From positions 10,556-74,555 of the forward strand of contig PUMM01000024.1 in the NCBI GenBank assembly GCA_003551365.1: 64,000 nucleotides of DNA, in the 5' to 3' direction. A program made the position numbers and the translations under genes. Below are positions 41,255 through 49,471 of this stretch, one piece after another (position 1 is the first letter of the stretch; each line of letters starts with the position of its first letter). This DNA is from Clostridia bacterium (lineage in GTDB: Bacteria > Bacillota > Sulfobacillia > SLMV01). The notes under the pieces are model-generated. The model ran no database searches, was not told the origin of the DNA, and was given only the letters and a program-made list of their open reading frames with translations.

Positions 41255-41608
41255 ATGGCGCGCAATGATCTCACAGTGGCCGAGATGGTACAGAGGCTGC
41301 ATCATCTGACCCGGTGCCAGCTGCGCCGGGCAGAGGCGGGCTCCTGGGAAGAGGTGCGCGCGCTGATGTCCGACCGCGCGCCGCTGATGCGGTCGCTGGC
41401 CGATGCCCGACCGGCGGCCCTGCGTCCCCTTCGATCCCTGTGCATGCAGATAGACCGGCTGAACGCGCGGCTGGAGGACATGATCGGAGAGGAACAGGAG
41501 TCCACCCTGCGGGCGCTGTCCCGGGTGCGCCGGGCGGAACGTTCTATCGGAGCATACTCCACCGGGTGGGTTCCCCGCAGACCGGAGTATCTGGATGAAA
41601 AGAAATGA
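41255..41608 (+). CDS. Hypothetical helical protein, FliT-like by position and pattern
   Basis: 117 aa. RRAEAGSWEEVRALMSDRAPLMRSL resembles the central W-containing helix pattern of FliT-type chaperones. Follows fliS. Confidence 0.42.
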   Translation: MARNDLTVAEMVQRLHHLTRCQLRRAEAGSWEEVRALMSDRAPLMRSLADARPAALRPLRSLCMQIDRLNARLEDMIGEEQESTLRALSRVRRAERSIGAYSTGWVPRRPEYLDEKK

Positions 41609-41641
41609 ATGCATCTACACAGAAGATGATATCATCCTGCG

Positions 41642-41669
41642 ACGGCCCCGGCGGGGCCGTTTCTGATTT
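41642..41669 (+). terminator. Rho-independent terminator after the fliS cluster
   Basis: 8-bp stem ACGGCCCC/GGGGCCGT, loop GGC, followed by TTCTGATTT. Confidence 0.6.
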
Positions 41670-41689
41670 GTACCGCATCGGTGGAGGAA

Positions 41690-41717
41690 TTGACTATCTT
41701 TGCGGGAATATTATTAG
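41690..41717 (+). promoter_or_regulatory. Possible promoter for hpf
   Basis: TTGACT (41690-41695), 16-nt spacer, TATTAG (41712-41717). Confidence 0.3.
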
Positions 41718-41805
41718 TAGCCGGGTCGCGCACATTCCCACCCGGGACAGCCCCGATCCGGCGAGAGGCCGTAGTTTGACAGCTCATGCAGAAGGAGTGG
41801 TCCGA

Positions 41806-42345
41806 TTGCAACTGACACTTCACGGCAAAAATGTTGAGGTCACTCCGGCGCTCCGCGAGTACGTGGAGAAAAAGGTCGGCAAGCTGGAGAAGTACTTCGA
41901 GTTCTCTCTGGAACCGCAGGTGGTCCTGCTGGTCCAGAAGGGGGATCACCGGGTGGAGATCACCATTCCCCTGGACGGACGGGTTCTCCGGGCGGAAGTG
42001 GAGACCGGTGACATGTACGCTTCCCTCGACGAAGCGGTGGACAAGATCGAGCGCCAGATCCACAAGTACAAGACGCGCATCAACCGCAAGGCGCGGCAGG
42101 TGAATGATCCGCTGCTGTTCAAAGAGAATCTCATGGGCACCGAACCAGAGGAGGAGGATGACGAGCCGCGGCTCGTGCGCACCAAGCGCTTCCCCATGAA
42201 GCCCATGAGCATCGATGATGCGATCCTGGAGATGAACCTGCTGGATCACGATTTCTTCGTTTTCACCAACTCCGATACCGAGCACGTGAACGTCGTGTAT
42301 CGGCGTCGCGACGGCAATTACGGGTTGATAGAACCGGACTACTGA
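41806..42345 (+). CDS. hpf: Ribosome hibernation-promoting factor, long form
   Basis: LQLTLHGKNVEVTPALREYVEKKVGKLEKYF N-terminus and C-terminal dimerisation domain KPMSIDDAILEMNLLDHDFFVFTN...VVYRRRDGNYGLIEP. TTG 41806 has GAAGGAG upstream. The track ORF N-terminus is an artefact. Confidence 0.92.
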   Translation: MQLTLHGKNVEVTPALREYVEKKVGKLEKYFEFSLEPQVVLLVQKGDHRVEITIPLDGRVLRAEVETGDMYASLDEAVDKIERQIHKYKTRINRKARQVNDPLLFKENLMGTEPEEEDDEPRLVRTKRFPMKPMSIDDAILEMNLLDHDFFVFTNSDTEHVNVVYRRRDGNYGLIEPDY

Positions 42346-42382
42346 TGCCGTCAGGATGTTTCCATACGGTGGTATAAGCTTC

Positions 42383-42412
42383 CGGGGGCCAGTTCTCGCC
42401 GGCTGGCCCCCG
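42383..42412 (+). terminator. GC hairpin after hpf
   Basis: 9-10-bp stem (C)GGGGGCCAG/CTGGCCCCC(G), 10-nt loop, no U-tract. Confidence 0.42.
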
Positions 42413-42436
42413 TCGCGTAAATAAGGAGAGTGGCCG

Positions 42437-43582
42437 ATGTTGCGAGAAAAAGTGGGCGTGGTGATATTTGAAGGGGGCAGGGCGCACACGGAGGTGGAGG
42501 AGAGGCTCCTCGCCGTACGCAAGGGAGTGGCACTGGACAACACGCAGAAGGCGATGGCGGCGGATGGGGTGGACGAGGTCATTCTGGCCACCAACTATCC
42601 GGACCTGGCCGACCGGGCCGGGCGTCTCGGGGTTACCATCAACGAGACGGAGGGAACGAGCCGCTTTCACTTTGGCGAACACCTGCAGCACGTGGTGGAT
42701 GCCTACGAGCTGGACAGCGTGATATATCTGGGCGGGGCCACCCTGCCCCTCATTCGGGTGGATGATTTTTCGGACATTGCGGAGAAGCTGCGCCGCTGCA
42801 AGAATGTGGTGGTGGTCAACAATGTGCAATCCGCGGATCTGACCGCCTTCACTCCCGGATCCATGCTGCAGCACATAGAATCCCCGGACAACGACAACTT
42901 TCTCGGCTTTCTCCTGCGGGAGGCCGGGCTGCGGCGGATCCTCATTCAGAACTCCGCGCGCATAAATTTCGACATCGATGCCCCCATGGATGTGCTCATC
43001 CTCCAACAGTGCAAGAACGTGGGGCCGAGCACCCGGGCTGCCCTGAGCACGCTGGACATGCCCAATGATCATCTAATCCGCGCCCTGCAGGTCATTGAGC
43101 GATCCGGCCATGACCAGTACGCCGAACTGGCTCTCGTGGGCCGGGTCAGTCCGGTGATAATGTCGGTCATAAATGCCAACCTGGGAGTTCGCCTGCGCGC
43201 CTATTCCGAGGAACGCGGCATGAAGGCGCTCAGCCGCGAGGACCGGGGCGAGGTGGTGTCGCTGATCGGACACTTTTTGGAGTCGGTCGGATCGGATGCC
43301 TTCTTCTCCTACCTGGCGTCTGTGGCCGACGTGGCGCTCATCGACACCCGGGTCCTCATGTCCCATCTGAATCTCCGGCTGCCGGCGGGCGACCGTTTCA
43401 ACTCCGACCTGGGTCTGGTGGATGAGATCGAAAATGACTGGCTGCGCGAGTTCACCGAGGCCGCCTACAATGCCCCGATCCCCGTCGTACTGGGAGGGCA
43501 CAGCCTGATCTACGGAGGATTGTGGGCCGTGCTTGACGAAAGAGGTCTGCTGGAGAGGGGATTACCGGATCTACCCTCGTGA
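42437..43582 (+). CDS. Uncharacterised 381-aa protein (N-terminal third loosely MobA/CofC-like nucleotidyltransferase-shaped)
   Basis: Good SD AAGGAGAG. Clean ORF without low-complexity runs. No motif I can assign. Confidence 0.6.
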   Translation: MLREKVGVVIFEGGRAHTEVEERLLAVRKGVALDNTQKAMAADGVDEVILATNYPDLADRAGRLGVTINETEGTSRFHFGEHLQHVVDAYELDSVIYLGGATLPLIRVDDFSDIAEKLRRCKNVVVVNNVQSADLTAFTPGSMLQHIESPDNDNFLGFLLREAGLRRILIQNSARINFDIDAPMDVLILQQCKNVGPSTRAALSTLDMPNDHLIRALQVIERSGHDQYAELALVGRVSPVIMSVINANLGVRLRAYSEERGMKALSREDRGEVVSLIGHFLESVGSDAFFSYLASVADVALIDTRVLMSHLNLRLPAGDRFNSDLGLVDEIENDWLREFTEAAYNAPIPVVLGGHSLIYGGLWAVLDERGLLERGLPDLPS

Positions 43583-44328
43583 TTTGTCCCCGCGGCAGGA
43601 ATTGGGTGGAGCGGGGTCGAATGGTAGAAGGTGGTGAGTGGATCTTTATGGGAGACGAACGGTCGGACGAAAGAACTGAGGCCACATCTGCACTGAGCCC
43701 GGAAGAACTTCGGCGCCTGATCAACCGCCTTCCCGGCGTGATAACCGCGTCTGTGGTGACGGATGACGGGGCCGATGAGGAATTGTCTGGCGTCAACCTG
43801 GTGGCCCGGGCGAATCAGCGTTCCCGCGGGCAGCTGCGCCGGGACGTGGTGTCGCTGCTCTTCATTCACACCGGGGAGCGGATGGCGGAGAAGGACGTGG
43901 ATGTGGTCTTCAGCGCCGGCTCGGAGCTGGTGGCGGGCGAGGGCGCCCGACCCCAGCTGGTATCCCTGGCCACCACCTACGAAAGGGGCACCACCTCCAT
44001 AGAGGTGACCCTGGCAGTGGGGGACAGACGCGGCCGGGCCAGCCGCGATCTGGAGTCGCCCCGGCCGGGTCGGATCCAGCTGCTGAGCGGTTCCGGACGC
44101 GTCACGCTGTCTGCCGCCGAACAGCTCATATCGGAGCGCTGTCACTTTGCGCTGGAGGGAGCTGACACAGTGCGGCTGGCGGGAGAGGATGTGGCAGTGG
44201 TGGCGGTGGCGACTGCCCCGGACGTCACGGACGGCCCGCTCATAGGTGCGGTACGCATCCACGGCGACCTGGTAGATGCCGGGGCCAAGGCGGCACTTGA
44301 TGCCATAAACCGGGCATTCAGCTTCTGA
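43579..44328 (+). CDS. Uncharacterised ~230-250-aa protein, translationally coupled to the preceding gene
   Basis: GTGA overlap with the upstream stop. Alternative ATG starts at 43621 and 43648. No recognisable domain. Confidence 0.55.
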   Translation: MICPRGRNWVERGRMVEGGEWIFMGDERSDERTEATSALSPEELRRLINRLPGVITASVVTDDGADEELSGVNLVARANQRSRGQLRRDVVSLLFIHTGERMAEKDVDVVFSAGSELVAGEGARPQLVSLATTYERGTTSIEVTLAVGDRRGRASRDLESPRPGRIQLLSGSGRVTLSAAEQLISERCHFALEGADTVRLAGEDVAVVAVATAPDVTDGPLIGAVRIHGDLVDAGAKAALDAINRAFSF

Positions 44329-44340
44329 AGGAGGACATAA

Positions 44341-44418
44341 ATGGCAGTACTGGCGCTCGGGCCGAAGCGGAGCCTCAACCTGCTGCTAGCGGATGCAGGG
44401 ATGCAGGCGACTTCTTAG
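44341..44418 (+). CDS. Micro-ORF, 25 aa (MAVLALGPKRSLNLLLADAGMQATS)
   Basis: AAGGAGGA 5 nt upstream of the ATG. Third-position G/C bias similar to neighbouring genes. Below the ORF-track cutoff. Confidence 0.4.
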   Translation: MAVLALGPKRSLNLLLADAGMQATS

Positions 44419-44433
44419 GAGGTTGAAACCTCA

Positions 44434-44514
44434 ATGTCCCGTGTGATAAAGATCCTGACAGCCATCGCAATGCTGCTTATGATCGGCGGAGCGAACTTCC
44501 AGGTGGGATACTGA
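44434..44514 (+). CDS. Micro-ORF, 26 aa hydrophobic peptide (MSRVIKILTAIAMLLMIGGANFQVGY)
   Basis: TAGGAGG (overlapping the stop of the previous micro-ORF) 11 nt upstream of the ATG. One TM-length hydrophobic stretch. Confidence 0.42.
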   Translation: MSRVIKILTAIAMLLMIGGANFQVGY

Positions 44515-44586
44515 GTCTCACCGGCTGTACATCCCGGTCCGGGCGCCATTAACATTGTAGGGACGGCGGGAGAGGAGGAACGGGCG

Positions 44587-45930
44587 ATGTCGACGGACGA
44601 CGCTGGGGATGCCGAAGCAATCCGGAGACGTAGAGTCCGCGCTCACCTGTTTGCCGCCGCCATTCTGGCGGGGGCAGTTGCCACCGGAATTGTGCTCTGG
44701 CCCACTGCAGTTCCCAATCCGATATCATTGCTATTCTTTTTCGTCATCATTGCGGTGACCGAGGCGCTGCCCATCAGGCTCCCCCGGGCCAGGGGGACCG
44801 TCTCGGTGGGTTTTGCCATGTGCTATTCGGCGGTGATTCTCTTCGGACCCTTCTGGGGTGGGCTGCTCACCGCCATCGGTTCCCTGCGCAAGGCAGAGGT
44901 GACCGGCAGGGTGGAGGTACTGGAGACCCTGTTTAACCGCGGGCAGCTGTTTCTGGCCGGCGTCAGCGGTGGTCTGGTCTTTCACTCCATATCCGGCGGT
45001 TCGCTGGAGGCCGGGCAGGGCGTGCTCATCGGAGCCACCATGGCCGGGGGCATAGCCTATTTCGTGGCCAACGTCACTGCCGTGGTCATATACTTCTCCC
45101 TCAAGATGGGAGCCGATCCCCGCGCTCTGGTGCTCAATGACATTCGCTGGTCCATTCCCAGCTACATGGGGCTGATGCCCATTGCCTATCTCAACGTCGC
45201 GGTATACGGAGCGGTGGGCAAGCTGGGCGTCATATTCTTCCTGCTGCCGCTGCTGGTGGGCCGCTACGCCTTCCAGATGTACAGTCAGCTGCGCGAGGTC
45301 TTCGTCAGCACCATCAGTGCCCTGGCCGCCGCCCTGGAGGCGCGGGATCCGCACACCTCGGGACATGCCGAGCGCGTATCCTACTACGCGGTGCGCATTG
45401 CCAAGGGCATGCAGCTGCCGGATGATCGGGTGGAGCTGCTGCAGTACATTGCCATCCTGCATGACATCGGCAAGCTGGGCATCGAGGATCAGCTGCTGCG
45501 CAAGCCCGGCAAGTTCGATGCTGCGGAGATGAAGATCATGCAGTCGCACTCGCAGATAGGTGCGAACATACTGAGCAAGATCAAGGCCCTGCGCGAGGGA
45601 GCCAGCTGGGTGCTGCATCATCACGAGCGCTACGACGGGGCCGGCTACCCGGACGGTCTGCAGGGGGAGGATATTCCGCTGGAGGCGCGGATTCTGGCCG
45701 TCGCGGATGCCTTTGATGCCATGCTGTCCGAGCGCCCCTACAAGGATCCGATGACCCCCGGGGAAGTGCGGCGGGAGCTGATCCGCTGCCGGGGCACCCA
45801 GTTCGATCCCCAGGTCACCGATGTGCTGGTCGATTTGATGGACAACACCGATCTGGTGCAGCCGCAGATTCATCGGGCCGGGTCGGAGGAGTCGGTGGAG
45901 GAAGAGGCGAGAGGTGGCAGGGCGACATGA
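44587..45930 (+). CDS. Membrane-anchored HD-GYP c-di-GMP phosphodiesterase
   Basis: Multi-TM N-terminal half. HD (ILHDIGK), HHERYDGAGYPDGL, VADAFDAMLSERPYK. Confidence 0.9.
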   Translation: MSTDDAGDAEAIRRRRVRAHLFAAAILAGAVATGIVLWPTAVPNPISLLFFFVIIAVTEALPIRLPRARGTVSVGFAMCYSAVILFGPFWGGLLTAIGSLRKAEVTGRVEVLETLFNRGQLFLAGVSGGLVFHSISGGSLEAGQGVLIGATMAGGIAYFVANVTAVVIYFSLKMGADPRALVLNDIRWSIPSYMGLMPIAYLNVAVYGAVGKLGVIFFLLPLLVGRYAFQMYSQLREVFVSTISALAAALEARDPHTSGHAERVSYYAVRIAKGMQLPDDRVELLQYIAILHDIGKLGIEDQLLRKPGKFDAAEMKIMQSHSQIGANILSKIKALREGASWVLHHHERYDGAGYPDGLQGEDIPLEARILAVADAFDAMLSERPYKDPMTPGEVRRELIRCRGTQFDPQVTDVLVDLMDNTDLVQPQIHRAGSEESVEEEARGGRAT

Positions 45931-46532
45931 TGTTCATGGCCCTGGCCTTCGCCGTGCTGCTCGGCTGGCTGGTCGGCGGGTCGCTGCGCAACCTCATGCA
46001 CCTGCCCCTGCGCCACTTTGAGTGGATCACTGCCGGTTTCGCCCTGCAGGCGGCCCTGCTGGTCGCCCCCACCGTGGGCTGGACGCCGGTGATGCGCTGG
46101 TGCTTTCCCCTGCACATACTGTCCTATCTGCTTCTGCTGTATGCCCTGTACGGAAACCGCAGGTTGCCCGGCGTGATGCTGTTGAGCGTCGGAGTGCTGG
46201 CGAATTTTGCGGTCATCGTCCTGAACCGGGGCATGCCGGTGTGCGCGGAGGCGCTCATTGCCGCCGACCGCGCCTATGTCATTCCGGCCCTGGAATCGGG
46301 CAATTACCTGATGCACAGACTGATGACTGAGGATGTGACTTTTGCACTGCTGGCCGACTACATAGTCCTGCCCAGCTGGCGCGCGGGCGGCACGGTGGTC
46401 AGTCCCGGGGATCTTTTGATGGTGGCCGGGATGGTGTGGTTGGTGGTGCGCGCCATGTCCGGCGCAGTGACCCCCGCGCCGGGAGAGGAGGATGAACGTG
46501 TCGCAGAAAAAGTCGGGGCAGCAGCCGAATAG
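45927..46532 (+). CDS. Small polytopic membrane protein (DUF5317-like)
   Basis: ATGA overlap with the HD-GYP gene. About six hydrophobic helices. NFAVIVLNRGMPV segment as I recall for DUF5317 proteins. Confidence 0.6.
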   Translation: MMFMALAFAVLLGWLVGGSLRNLMHLPLRHFEWITAGFALQAALLVAPTVGWTPVMRWCFPLHILSYLLLLYALYGNRRLPGVMLLSVGVLANFAVIVLNRGMPVCAEALIAADRAYVIPALESGNYLMHRLMTEDVTFALLADYIVLPSWRAGGTVVSPGDLLMVAGMVWLVVRAMSGAVTPAPGEEDERVAEKVGAAAE

Positions 46533-47322
46533 GGAAGGGAATGGGGAGATGAGTGAATTTGCGCGCATGCTCTGGCCCCCGCGGCCGCGCGGCTACATCT
46601 CACCCGACCTCCCGCTTCTATACGTGGTCTTTGTGATCGTGAACCGGGTGGTGTACGGGGCGCTGGGTTTCCCCGCTCCAGATCAACCCTGGATGTCCGC
46701 CGCGGCCATCATCCTGCACGGGTCAGCTCTGGCGCTCATCGCCTTTCACTATCTTCACCGCTATGTGGGGGACGACATGGGTTGGTGGGGACCGTCCCGC
46801 CTGCAGCGCACTGAGGTTCGCGCGGTGCCGGTGACCGCCCGGGTGGCCTGGATCATCTGGGGGGGCATCGGGACCTGGCTGATCTGCAACCCCGGCCTGC
46901 GCGCCCTGCTGGCCCCGGCGCAGGATACCCTGGGCTTCGACCTGTGGGAGATGGGGACACTGGGGAGGATAGTGGGCGATATGGCGGCGACCGGGGCGTG
47001 GGTCCCCCTGGGGCTGGCGGCCATCGGCATCGTCGCGGTGGCACCGCTGGGGGAGGAACTGCTGTTCCGGCGCAGCTTCTACCAGATCATCATCGAGGGG
47101 CTGGGGGGGCAGACGGTGGCAGTGCTGGGCAGCGGACTGCTGTTCGCCTTCACGCACGGCGAACCGTTCGCCATGATCCGGGCCGGCCTGGCCGGACTGA
47201 TCTTTGCCCTGGCCTACCGCTGCACCCATTCTGCCCTGGTTCCGGTGCTGATGCACGCGATTTTCAATTTTCTGGCCCTCGCGGCCGTCCTGCTGGACTG
47301 GGGACCCTGGTTGTTTCCCTGA
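46498..47322 (+). CDS. CPBP-family intramembrane glutamic endopeptidase (CAAX protease/Abi)
   Basis: EELLFRR, FTHG and HAIFNF motifs in TM helices. Start uncertain (ATG 46492, GTG 46498 or ATG 46549). Confidence 0.83.
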   Translation: MSQKKSGQQPNREGNGEMSEFARMLWPPRPRGYISPDLPLLYVVFVIVNRVVYGALGFPAPDQPWMSAAAIILHGSALALIAFHYLHRYVGDDMGWWGPSRLQRTEVRAVPVTARVAWIIWGGIGTWLICNPGLRALLAPAQDTLGFDLWEMGTLGRIVGDMAATGAWVPLGLAAIGIVAVAPLGEELLFRRSFYQIIIEGLGGQTVAVLGSGLLFAFTHGEPFAMIRAGLAGLIFALAYRCTHSALVPVLMHAIFNFLALAAVLLDWGPWLFP

Positions 47323-47352
47323 CTTCGATACATTCCGGAGAGGAGTGATGAT

Positions 47353-47796
47353 ATGACTCCCGATGAACACACCGATGATCGTCCCAGCTGGGATGAATAT
47401 TTCTTGAACATAGCCGAGGTGGTGAGTACGCGCTCCACCTGCCCGCGGCGTTCGGTGGGAGCGGTTCTGGTGCGGGACCGCCAGATTCTCAGCACCGGCT
47501 ACAATGGTGCCCCGCGCGGCCTGCCGCACTGCAGCGAGCGGGGCTGTCTGATGCGGGACGCACACTGCGTGCGGGCCAGCCACGCGGAGATGAACGCCAT
47601 CGCCCAGGCCGCCCTGCACGGAGTGCGGGTGGAGGGCGCCACCCTGTACAGCACAGACAAGCCGTGTCTGATCTGCAGCAAGCTGCTGATAAACGCCGGC
47701 ATAGAGAAGATTGTTTTCGTGCGGGACTACCCCGACGAGATCGCCGACGATATCGTGCGGGAGGCGGGTATAGAGTCCGTGCAGCTGCAGCCGTAG
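47353..47796 (+). CDS. comEB: dCMP deaminase (ComEB family)
   Basis: WDEYFLNIA, HAEMNAI, PCLICSKLL zinc motifs. Confidence 0.93.
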   Translation: MTPDEHTDDRPSWDEYFLNIAEVVSTRSTCPRRSVGAVLVRDRQILSTGYNGAPRGLPHCSERGCLMRDAHCVRASHAEMNAIAQAALHGVRVEGATLYSTDKPCLICSKLLINAGIEKIVFVRDYPDEIADDIVREAGIESVQLQP

Positions 47797-47922
47797 TGCG
47801 GCCTGCGCCCCACCCGCATCCCGCATTCAGACACAAATTACCACCCACCCCTTCCGAATAATCTCACGCCCCGGTGGAATGCTCCCGAGTGTAAGGAGAT
47901 GCCGCGGAGAGGGGGTGTGAGA

Positions 47923-48108
47923 ATGCATCGTTTGACCGAACAGGAAGTGCAGCGGCTGCGAGAGCTTATTACCCGCAAGGACCTGGAAGCACAGAAATAC
48001 AGAAGCTACGCGCAGCAGTGCCAGGACCCGCAGCTGCGCAATCACTTCGATCAGGTCGCCGGGCAGGCAGACCAGGCCCGACAGACGCTTCTGAACCATC
48101 TCCAGTGA
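47923..48108 (+). CDS. Small CotF-like/spore-coat-associated helical protein
   Basis: 61 aa. QKYRSYAQQCQDPQLRNHFDQ resembles the Coat F-type helix. SD GAGAGGGGG. Paired with the next gene. Confidence 0.5.
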   Translation: MHRLTEQEVQRLRELITRKDLEAQKYRSYAQQCQDPQLRNHFDQVAGQADQARQTLLNHLQ

Positions 48109-48140
48109 CGCATCATGTGTCAAGAGAAGGGGTGTAATGG

Positions 48141-48674
48141 ATGATTCGCGATCGAGAAATGGTCCTCGATTGTCTGGAAAGCTGCAAAGTTGATTCTGTT
48201 CGATTCACCGAGGCGGCCAACGAATCCAGCGATCCCAACCTGCGGCAGACCCTGAAGCAGCTGCGCAATGAGGTGGAGAACTCCCACCAGCAGATCTTTC
48301 AGATAGCTTCACAGCACGGCTGGTATCAGAATCCCAGCCCGGCCAATCCCCAGGAAGTGCAGCGGATCCGCAGTCACTTCGCCGGGGGTGCCGGCGCGGG
48401 ACAGACGCAGTGGCAGGGACAGCAGTACGGCGGCTACGGCGGGCAGTATGGGACCGGCGGCTATGCCGGTGGTTACGGCGGTGGCTATGGGGGCGGATAC
48501 GGCACGGCGCAGTCGGCGCTGCGTCAGCCCACGGCCCAGCCGGGCCAGTCCGGCAGCACCTACGGCGGGCAGTATCCGGGCACCGGCTACGGCGGAGCTG
48601 GCGGCTGGAGCCCGGCCAGTCCCGGTGGAGCGACCTACGGCGGAACCACCTACGGGGCGGGCCGCAGGTACTGA
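48141..48674 (+). CDS. Coat F-domain spore coat protein with a Gly/Tyr-rich tail
   Basis: N-terminal 60 aa match the Coat F pattern (DCLESCK...DPNLRQTLKQL). Residues ~81-177 are GGY/GYG low complexity. Confidence 0.68.
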   Translation: MIRDREMVLDCLESCKVDSVRFTEAANESSDPNLRQTLKQLRNEVENSHQQIFQIASQHGWYQNPSPANPQEVQRIRSHFAGGAGAGQTQWQGQQYGGYGGQYGTGGYAGGYGGGYGGGYGTAQSALRQPTAQPGQSGSTYGGQYPGTGYGGAGGWSPASPGGATYGGTTYGAGRRY

Positions 48675-48698
48675 GGCTACTCGGCATACAGCAGTGAT

Positions 48699-48742
48699 GC
48701 GGGGGAGGATCCGTCGCGGGGCGGCGATGGATTCTCCCCCGC
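48699..48742 (+). terminator. Hairpin after the coat-protein gene
   Basis: GCGGGGGAG/CTCCCCCGC 9-bp stem, extendable by GATCC/GGATT. No U-tract. Confidence 0.38.
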
Positions 48743-48775
48743 CTGTGTGGTAGACTGCAGTGGGAGAGGAGCGGC

Positions 48776-49471
48776 GTGACCCGACTACATATTTGCCGAT
48801 CGGTACGCGGATTTCTCTTTGATCTGGACGGTACCCTGATCGATTCATGTCACATAATCATCTCTTCCCTGCAGAAATCTCTCCGGGCCGTTGCGGGTAT
48901 GCAGGTGAGTCGGGAGGCCCTGGCTGACCTCTCCGGACAGCCCCTCGATGAGACCCTGCGGCTTCTCGGTGTCTCAGATCAGCAGCGGGTGGCCGACCAC
49001 TATCGGTGCAATTACCCGTTCGGCCTCCGCTCGACCATTTTCCCCGGGGTGCCCGGAGTGCTGCACGAGCTGACCCGGCGCGGGTACCGGATGGCGCTGG
49101 TGACCACCCGGCCGGATGATGAGGCCGCCGCGGAGCTGGCCGAACACGGCATAGCCGACTACTTCCCGCATCGGATAACTGCCGGGCACGTTCGGCGGCG
49201 CAAACCCCATCCGGAACCGGTTGCGCGCGGTACGCATATGCTGAGTCTTGAGCCCGCGGAGGTTATCATGGTCGGGGATTCCGGGGTGGACATCGAGGCC
49301 GGGCGGCGGGCCGGCACCTGGACCGGTCTGGCCGGCTGGGGAGGTGCCGGAGGTCGGGCAGCTGACGGGGAGTATCCGGACTTCGTGTGGCATAGTCCGG
49401 GCGAAATCATTGCGGCGCTGGATGAACCACTGCGGGATAGCCCGTCGGGTGAGGGGGACCGGGGTGAGTGA
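48776..49471 (+). CDS. HAD-superfamily hydrolase (phosphoglycolate phosphatase-like)
   Basis: Motif I FDLDGTLIDS and motif IV VGDSGVDIEAGRRAG. Confidence 0.85.
   Translation: MTRLHICRSVRGFLFDLDGTLIDSCHIIISSLQKSLRAVAGMQVSREALADLSGQPLDETLRLLGVSDQQRVADHYRCNYPFGLRSTIFPGVPGVLHELTRRGYRMALVTTRPDDEAAAELAEHGIADYFPHRITAGHVRRRKPHPEPVARGTHMLSLEPAEVIMVGDSGVDIEAGRRAGTWTGLAGWGGAGGRAADGEYPDFVWHSPGEIIAALDEPLRDSPSGEGDRGE

Noticed and set aside
41605-41805. N-terminal 67-aa extension of hpf in the track ORF. Similar N-terminal extensions appear for atpD (17987), rpmE (6614), mnaA (13168), nagA (24826) and the phosphoesterase (49248).
   Set aside because: The extensions overlap upstream genes or terminators, lack an SD, and are absent from the conserved family N-termini. 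Internal starts with good SDs were chosen.
44434-44514. Reading the 26-aa micro-ORF as a double-glycine-leader peptide (MSRVIKILTAIAMLLMIGG / ANFQVGY).
   Set aside because: The putative leader is uniformly hydrophobic rather than the amphipathic LSxxELxxIxGG type. No C39-peptidase ABC exporter is adjacent. Kept only as a small membrane peptide candidate.
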